The notes under the pieces are model-generated. The model made no database searches. It was not told the DNA's origin and saw only the letters and a list, made by a program, of their open reading frames with translations. Below, piece after piece: positions 40,325 to 64,000 of a stretch of DNA of 64,000 nt; position 1 is the first letter of the stretch, and the number at the start of each line of letters is the position of its first letter. The stretch comes from Auanema rhodensis. Taxonomy: Eukaryota > Animalia > Nematoda. A program made the translations under genes and the position numbers. The DNA lies in assembly GCA_964057225.1 (NCBI GenBank), contig OZ059897.1, positions 6,882,001 to 6,946,000 on the forward strand. Direction: 5' to 3'.

Positions 40325-41380
40325 ATGCAGTTGTATGTACTATGCTTTCTTCTTCTAGTTGTTTCTTGCACAACGGTATCCTAACAGCTTTTTTCATGTT
40401 TTTCATCTGAATATTCTGAAGAATTCAGGCAATTCTATGGCAGGGAATTGATGTTAAACAGCCAGTAACATTGGACCAGATTCATTGCTTACGTGATAGA
40501 GGCGATGAAATTGTTTACATTAGGTTTTATTCTAAAAATATATAATTTTTATTATTTTATTATTAAGAGGATATATTGGATTGGCTGATGGAATGGTTGA
40601 TTATAATGCTTGTAATACTTTCCAATTGGCTGAAGGTATCCCTCCACCCCTCTAAAGACACTTCTTTAACAGAAGAACAACCGCTCTTCTTTTTCTTTCA
40701 AATAAAAATAATAATTTGAAGTTCGCGCTCTGTTTTATAGGCAACATATTCCCAAGCATTTACATGGAGCCATCAACTACAGGATCAAAATCTGGAGCTC
40801 AACAGTTTAATGAAATGTATTCAAGCTTGAAAGGTTGTGGTGTACCCAGTTTCTCAGAATTCAATCTTTGGGTACATCTCTCTCTATATATATGTAGTTA
40901 AATATAACGTTACGCTAGGTTAAATCACCATCATCTTGGAATAAAGATGTTAGCAAGAATGTTAAATTCATCCGGGATGTTATAGCTGCTGCTCATAAGC
41001 TGGTATTTAAGTTTTAAAAAATTTTGAAATATTCTCAGACCGCTAAATACTATTTTCGAATTAATTTGATTCAGGTCACACGTGTTGGAATTCACACAAG
41101 CGAGAACGAATGGAAAGCTATCACGAACAATGCTGATCACACAGATTTGATTAGTAACAATGCTACATATCTTCCTTTATGGTATGTTATATTCTGAATT
41201 ATCTTTAAAGCACTGAATGATTTGAATAGGTGGGATAATGCTCCAGATAATGGACAAATTAACCAAAACATGAACAACTTTAATTCATTTGGGGCATGGA
41301 CAATGGAAAATATTGCATCGATTCAATATGCTAAAAATCAAGTTGTTTGTGGAATAAATTGTAACCAAGATTTCTTTTAA
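40325..41380 (+). CDS. lys: protist-type lysozyme family protein, paralog 4, 7 exons
   Basis: MQLYVLCFLLLVVSCTT|AILWQGIDVKQPVTLDQIHCL..YIRGY..DYNAC..IYMEPSTTGSKSGAQQFNEMY..FNLWVKSPSSWNK..VGIHTSENEWKAIT..PLWWD..FNSFGAW..IQYAKNQVVCGINCNQDFF*. Confidence 0.92.
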
Positions 41381-41791
41381 TAAAATATAAATTATTGATT
41401 GATTCCTAAATATTCTTTTTTTTTATATTTCGATGTTGAACTAAGCCTAGTCTGCTTATTCTACAACAACATTACCATTTCGAGATATCGTCTTGAAAAT
41501 GAACTTCTACAAGTTTTAATGTAAAACTTGATTCCCAACGTTTTCCAAAATTTCTAAAGTTTAATGTTTTAGTTCATTTGAACGTAATAAGTTTATGAAA
41601 TGTTTTCGTAGATTATCCACTGAAGCCTTCCAACTTCTTTGTATTATCGAACTTTGTGCGATAAGCGATAAGATGTATCTTTTCAATGATATAAGCAATT
41701 AACATTATGAAAATACTTATTGATTATTTCTTTTGAAAAAATCAATTTATAAGAGAATTATCATTCGATTTGGTATTCCTTGTGTCGCTTC

Positions 41792-42793
41792 ATGATGTCA
41801 CTTTTCAACTTCCTAGGATTTGTCTTCATCAGCTTGGCTTCAGCTCAGGTTTGAACAATTTTCAGATGAAGTTTCTAGACTCATTTTCGGAATACATTAG
41901 TTTCAACAAGGAATAGATATTTCACAGCCAATATATCCAAGCCAAATAGATTGCTTATGGAAAAACAACATTACTACGATTTACATCAGGTATTTCTTTC
42001 TTAAATCTTTCAATATTCATCACATTTTGCTTTAAGAGGTTATACCTCAGCTTCGAATGGAATGTTTGATTATAATGCCTGTAATAGCTTTAGAAATGTT
42101 CATCATTATAAGAAGCTTAGTAAGCATATCGAGGCTATCCTTTTCAAAACGAAAACTTTGAATTCTTACAGATACAGTATATCCAATGATTTATATGAAT
42201 CCCTGCCCAAATGGATCCAAAAGTGCAAAACAACAATTTGATGAAATGTATCATGGTTTGATGAGTCCAAATTGCCAATTAGGTGGATTTCTTGGTATTT
42301 TCTGGCTAATGGTATATTCTTTTTCGAAACTGTAAGAGCTTAGCTGCTTGTTTAATAGGTTGTATCTCCTTCAAATTGGAATAAGGATCCAAATACGAAT
42401 ATAAACTTTATCAAAGAGATTATCGAGACTGCACGTGATGTTGATGTGAGCACATTAAGCTTTAAGTTCTGAAAACGTTTTTTTCAGGATTATAATGTTG
42501 CAATTCATACAAATGAAAATGATTGGCGTATAATTACAAATAATGTAAATCATACAGAATTAAGTTACAATCATAGATATCTTGATTTATGGTACCTCTA
42601 TTTCATTCTTAAATTCATTTTAATTCTTCATTTCTATAGGCTTGCGAATGCTCCAGCTACTGGAGAATCTCCACAGAATTTGGATAACTTCAAACCATTT
42701 GGCGGATGGACTCAAAAAAACATTGTTTATGTTCAATATGCTAAAAGTCAAAACTTATGTCAAGTTGCCTGTAATAGAGATCTTGCCAAATAA
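41792..42793 (+). CDS. lys: protist-type lysozyme family protein, paralog 5, 7 exons
   Basis: MMSLFNFLGFVFISLASAQ|FQQGIDISQPIYPSQIDCL..YIRGY..FDYNAC..IYMNPCPNGSKSAKQQFDEMY..FWLMVVSPSNWNK..AIHTNENDWRIIT..LWL..FKPFGGW..VQYAKSQNLCQVACNRDLAK*. Confidence 0.92.
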
Positions 42794-43402
42794 TCTTTTC
42801 TCTTTTCTCAATAATGACTTGGCATATCTCTGTTATATCTTTAATCTTCTGATTCTTCTGATTTTAAAGTTCGAACTGTATGTTTTCATGAATTCTGGAG
42901 AAATTGAAGGGTATTTTTATAATTTGATGGAAAAATTTTCAAATACATTTGAACTTGAAGAATAATAAATAAAAATTCATTTGATTTCCAAATAATTCTT
43001 AGAACTTTTTCAGAAATTCTCTGCAAATTGTTCCTGAAAATCTTGATTTGCTTCATTTAAACTCAATAAGTTGTAATAAAATATTTTCTTTGACTATAGC
43101 CACTCCAGCTTTCCAGCATTTGTACTATTCGAGTCGCGAAAATACCGCTTCAGGGGTTTGTTATAGGTCAAGTTAATGGAAGAACATGTTAGCCAACTAA
43201 GATTGTTATGAACGAAATTAGGCGATGTTTTTTGATTTTTGAAGTAAAAAACTTGATTTCAAGTGTTTTTTTGTTTCTAACATTCATATTTAAGAGAGAA
43301 TAGCGAGAGATAAATGTATACATTAGTTATTATATAGTTAACTATTAACTATTTAAAATTTAAATTTAACAAAAAAAAATTATTAATTTCATTATATTTC
43401 AG

Positions 43403-43567
43403 ATGAATTACTTAATTCTCTTTTTTATTTCTTTTACTATAATTTCTCATATTGTTCAATCTGAAGAGTATCCATATGCCGGAGTTCCAATGGCTTCTTA
43501 TCAAAAACGAGAAACATATGCTTATCCATATGCGGGATATCCATTCAACTCATGGTATCCATTCTGA
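43403..43567 (+). CDS. 54-aa secreted propeptide (neuropeptide-like or antimicrobial-peptide-like)
   Basis: TTTCAG immediately before the ATG. MNYLILFFISFTIISHIVQS-EEYPYAGVPMASYQ-KR-ETYAYPYAGYPFNSWYPF*: signal peptide, dibasic site, repeated YPYAG. AATAAA about 50 nt downstream. Confidence 0.8.
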   Translation: MNYLILFFISFTIISHIVQSEEYPYAGVPMASYQKRETYAYPYAGYPFNSWYPF

Positions 43568-44215
43568 ATTGTTGTGATTTATTTGAATAATTTTATATTT
43601 TAATTATAAAAAATATATAATAAACTTGGTTTTTATAGATAATTTTTTCTTTTTTTTTTGAAATATGAAGTAATATTACGAGGATATTAGCTATACTAGA
43701 TGTAAGACATTATATAGAAATAGATACTTTCAGTAGTTAAATTAGTATTCTGTTGCAAGTTAAAATATTTTTTCATTCAAAAATTATATAATATACAATG
43801 TAGGAATAGTTAAATAAAAAAAAAGCTGGATCAAAGTACATGTTATAAGAGAAATAGATAGACAAGAAGTTGCAAAATAGAATTCGTTGCGGTTTGAAAT
43901 TAAAAAAATTCATAGGAAACGCTGATGAGAGATGCAAACTGATGTCTGTGTTTCTCATCTTGCCCTGAAGGGCTCTGTTACTGTTTGATAATTGACATAG
44001 TGTCAGTCGCCAAGTGACAGCTTATAACCATATAAGGACAACATCAGATCATAAGTGCTGATACATCGTATTCTCTCCTACCTCTTCAGTCATACTTTAC
44101 CTCATCAAAGAGGAAAGGATATAATGATCAAATGAAGATTATAAGCATATAACTATTACCCGTTACAAACAAATATAAATCATTTAAGAGATATACGCAA
44201 GATAAAGAGAGAAAG

Positions 44216-44266
<51 letters not shown>

Positions 44267-44832
44267 ATAAAGATTTGAGAATGAAAAGAAAGAAGAAATA
44301 TATAACCGTTCATTGCGTCAACACCTTATTGAAATGAATGTTTCAAAATGACGTGAAATTTCACGTGAACAGCCAACCATCAAATTAGCATATTGTTTCC
44401 ATAGAACGTGTACGTCAAGCCTTTCCATTAATTTTTTAACCTAATTTAAAACTTTCTTTTATCATTTTTCATTTACAAAAGCTATACATACATATGTTCC
44501 CATGTCAGTTTTTTATTATCTGACCCTTGATGACTAGTAGCAGTATTGTAAAGAAATTTTCTTTTCTTCCTACGTTTTATCCACAAAAAATTGTTGAAAA
44601 AATCCGTCATGTCCGTTCAAGATGAGCATGTTTGGTAAAAGAAAACAACTTTTTTGTTCAAAAAAAAAAGAAAAAAAACCGTCTGACGGCCTTTTTTTAA
44701 AAAGTAACCTATATGTATATAGATATTGAATCATAGACGAGACGGAATAAATATTATAAAGAGTATAATAGTATTTAGTTCTAAAGATTGAATGAATGGA
44801 GTCAGTTGAAATACTGTTTCATCATCTTAACT

Positions 44833-44835
<3 letters not shown>

Positions 44836-44902
<67 letters not shown>
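44836..44902. repeat. (CT)n microsatellite
   Basis: Directly visible. Confidence 0.95.
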
Positions 44903-44907
<5 letters not shown>

Positions 44908-46220
44908 GTATACTATGCATAGTAATAAAACATATTTAAATCAGTATATCTTATATGTACATTAATATAGTTATCCACATTAGTTTTAATATTATATTAT
45001 TTAGATATGAATGATAAATGAATATTATTATATAATAATAATGATGTTGTGTTGTATATAGTTATTAATTATTTTAAATATATAGTATAGTTAAAGCTTA
45101 AATAATGATTTCAATAGAGAAATTACATAGAAACTATGGATGAAAATGATGAATAGTATTGAGATCTATAGATAAGATCAAACAATGATTAGTCAAGCAT
45201 ATTCACATTTCTTTCAACTCCTTCATAACTCATCTTCGGATCTTGTTAAACACTTTGTTGGACACCGATATTGATATGTACTCATGTCAATCATCCTATA
45301 AGTCAATGCCAAACTACAAATATTTTTTTTTGTTTCTTTTACATAATAATCATTTATTATTTTATTATAATAATTTTTACTATTTATATAATTAAATTTC
45401 CATAAAAATTCTTATTTTTACCTTTTTTTGAAAGTTTTTTCATACATTCGTTTGTTTACTTAAAGCTCTTCGAACTTTCTAATTTCTTTCTTTTAATTTC
45501 TTTTTAAGAAAAACACTAAATATATAATATTTTCTGCTTCTCCTTATGTCAAATATCGTTAATCAAGTATATTTAATTAAAATTTTTGATCATCATCTTG
45601 ATTATAAGACTTTTCTTTTATTTTTTTTTCTCTCCAAACTGACTACAATATTCTTTTCACATGTTTATTATAATTATTATTATGGCTCATCTATTCCCTG
45701 CCGTCTGTCTTTTGCAGGAGGTGGAGGAGGCGGAGCTTCAATACACATGGGCGGAGTTATTGAGGTGGTTCATTTGGCACCCATGGTCAGAAACTATTCT
45801 TTAAACCCATATAGTACAAAATTTTATATTATATAATATATAAATTAGAATTATATATAGTTTTAAACCATTTCTCTTAACATGTAAAAAAGTTTAATAT
45901 GTTCTTTTCTTGTCTTTTTGGATTTTTTTTGGCCTTCTATCGTCCACTAAAGCCTTACTCTCTAACTTCTTAACTCTTTTCATATTTTAGATATTTTCTT
46001 TTCAGAAAAAAATTCTTTTTCTTCTCTACATTATTCTTCTAAATTACTTGAAATTCTAACAAAAATGATTATAATTTCTGTTCAAATTTGTACATTTTCT
46101 ATTGTTTATAGTAGCTTTTGAGTTGTTTCTTTTCAGCAACAATTCAAATCGAATGTCTGATGTTCTCATAGAAGTTTGAATTTTTTGGATTCAACGTATT
46201 AAAACTAAATCAAATAGAGG

Positions 46221-63220
<17,000 letters not shown>

Positions 63221-63820
63221 AATGGTATTATCATGTTTCCATATAACCTAAGAGACAATGTTGAAAATAGCTATAAGTTTTATTTAAAAGCTTTCTTGCC
63301 TTAAACAGCACATTTCCTTTTAATTTGAAAATGTCTTACATGCTCTTGAATCTCCTAATATTGCAGAATGCTTTATTTTTATCACCGTTTTGGTAATTTT
63401 TTAAAATATATTTTTTAAGTATTTAATTTCGATGACAAATCGAAATTAGCTCTTTCAGTATTTACAGTTTATCTGCCATTTTTGTTTTATGAACCGAGTG
63501 TGATCTGTGTTATTTTTCTTATTTAGGCATTTAAAAATTGCTATATTAGTTTTACTTGGTGAAAATTATATATTTCATATATGTATGTACTACAACAGTT
63601 GTATTAAATAAATGATTTAATTAACAAAAATTAATTGTAATACATAAAACAAACTATTTATAAAAGTTATAAGCATTTTATAAATGTAACATGATTGCTC
63701 ATTAGCATAATCGGCATATTATCAACTCATTTTAAAATTATTACATTCGGCAGCGGTTGCATTCCCGTTCAGGTGAGTATTTTTTTAATTATGAGAATTA
63801 GTAAATGGCGGATAAAAACT

Positions 63821-64000
63821 TTACAATGGATAAGCCCATGGTGCCGCACCTTGAATAAATGGTGCACCATTTCCCCAACCAAATGCTCGGCCACCACTTC
63901 TGCCAGACCCACCTAATAATAAGTATTTAGTTAAAAATTACTAATATTAATAAACCCATGAATATATCCAAATCACGCCTTAATAACAAACTTCCATAAG
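63821..64000 (-). CDS. 3' end of a small Gly/aromatic-rich peptide gene that continues beyond the window
   Basis: Exons 64000-63956 and 63912-63821 joined by a 43-nt GT-AG intron in phase 1: ...YGSLLLRR-DLDIFMGGSGRSGGRAFGWGNGAPFIQGAAPWAYPL*. Confidence 0.6.

Overview
AT-rich eukaryotic DNA from a nematode, probably a rhabditid: introns are mostly 41-60 nt with TTTCAG acceptors, and (CT)n/(GA)n microsatellites are abundant. The ORF track is mostly noise because the genes are split into short exons, so all gene models were spliced by hand. Genes from left to right: a 6-exon globin (10.9-11.8 kb); a single-TM microprotein with up to three alternative first exons (16.9-21.7 kb); a 111-aa secreted orphan on the minus strand; a secreted protein whose reading frame needs one GC-AG intron and one GT..AT intron; an SL2-type (or SmY-like) Sm RNA gene; pax-3; a tRNA-Met pseudogene; five divergent, apparently non-catalytic protist-type (GH25-like) lysozyme genes; a 54-aa KR-cleaved Tyr/Pro-rich propeptide; a 17-kb MEGF6-like gene with a C-terminal RGD; and the 3' end of another small peptide gene. 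The most unexplained signal is a paired (TTTC)ACGTGAAA motif found at about nine dispersed sites, in both introns and intergenic DNA.
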